DNA of 64,000 bases from Schmidtea polychroa (lineage: Eukaryota), in contig CM097885.1 in NCBI GenBank assembly GCA_044892525.1, positions 149,854,001 to 149,918,000 on the forward strand. The letters are read 5' to 3'. Under the pieces are notes generated by a model. The model ran no database searches. It was not told the DNA's origin and saw only the letters and a list, made by a program, of their open reading frames with translations. Of this stretch, positions 63,301 to 64,000 are shown in pieces (position 1 is the first letter of the stretch; each line of letters starts with the position of its first letter). Made by a program: the position numbers and the translations under genes.

Positions 63301-64000
63301 TTATTATGTATCAGTTGACCAACACTATTTATAAGAACCATTCAATTTTTTATTCGTCTTTGCCTGTGCTCTGCATCATAGTATGATTGTAGTATCTGTC
63401 AATGTCGGATCTTTATCATTGTCAATCACTACTTTCCCATAGACTTTCTTTCATGCAGCCATCCACATTACTGCATTAGTGATGCTTCTTAGGCCGGGTG
63501 GCTTGTGACGCCTCGTATGGTTTCTCTGGTTTTGAAATTGGAATTAATTCATTTATATTTTATTTCAGCTTCTCGCATGGCCGCTTTCTTGAGTATTGGT
63601 TTTTTATCGTAGCATCGCTACAGTCTGTTTACTTTCTCAACCTATGTCTTATTCCCTTACCAACCGAGCTTTAAGTTTCTAGGATTTGTGCCAGTGTGTT
63701 AGATTTTTGGGAATTTCACTCATTGATTATTTGAAAAATCTGTTTAGGTCGTATGAAATAAACTCTTAAATTTTAATATTTAGTAAAACATTAATAATAT
63801 ATTGAATAATAATGGATGAAAAGTTCACCAATTTTAAATTAACGCTATGTTTATTAGTTAATAATAATAATAATAATCAGTGCTTTTTTGTGACTGTACG
63901 CACCGGTATGGCGTACCAGCACCTATCCAAACTTATTAAAAATAAAAATTATTAATTTTAAATTTTAAGTGTTTTAAATATTTATTGTATTTTATTATAC

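Noticed and set aside
60490-63350. Short peptides resembling Kidins220 TM and KAP-NTPase segments
   Set aside because: Their order along the minus strand is the reverse of the Kidins220 domain order, and they contain stops.

Overview
AT-rich, intron-containing animal genomic DNA. The 40-50 nt introns, DHX9 sequence and TE mix fit a non-model invertebrate such as a triclad flatworm (inference only). One complete host gene is present: a 13-exon DHX9/RNA helicase A on the minus strand (28590-40822, 1379 aa when spliced by hand). There is also the terminal exon of a Kidins220/ARMS homologue and decayed fragments of a septin and a Cys-loop receptor. The rest is a nested transposon landscape. It contains three Ty3/Gypsy elements, one of them a full two-LTR CsRn1-type copy inserted into a hAT transposase. 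It also contains a DD34E Tc1-like element inside a Gypsy pol, seven hAT elements/MITEs with 8-bp TSDs (one lesion from intact in one case), pogo relics and satellites. The most striking observation is a Gypsy element (15787-23087, minus) with a 372+ aa chuvirus/Monjiviricetes-like (class III, gB-type) glycoprotein fragment between gag and the protease, rather than in the usual 3' env position. Next to it is an unexplained ~8 kb block carrying an intact orphan 252-aa ORF. No rRNA, tRNA or CRISPR array was found. All family calls come from motif recognition by eye; no database searches were run.
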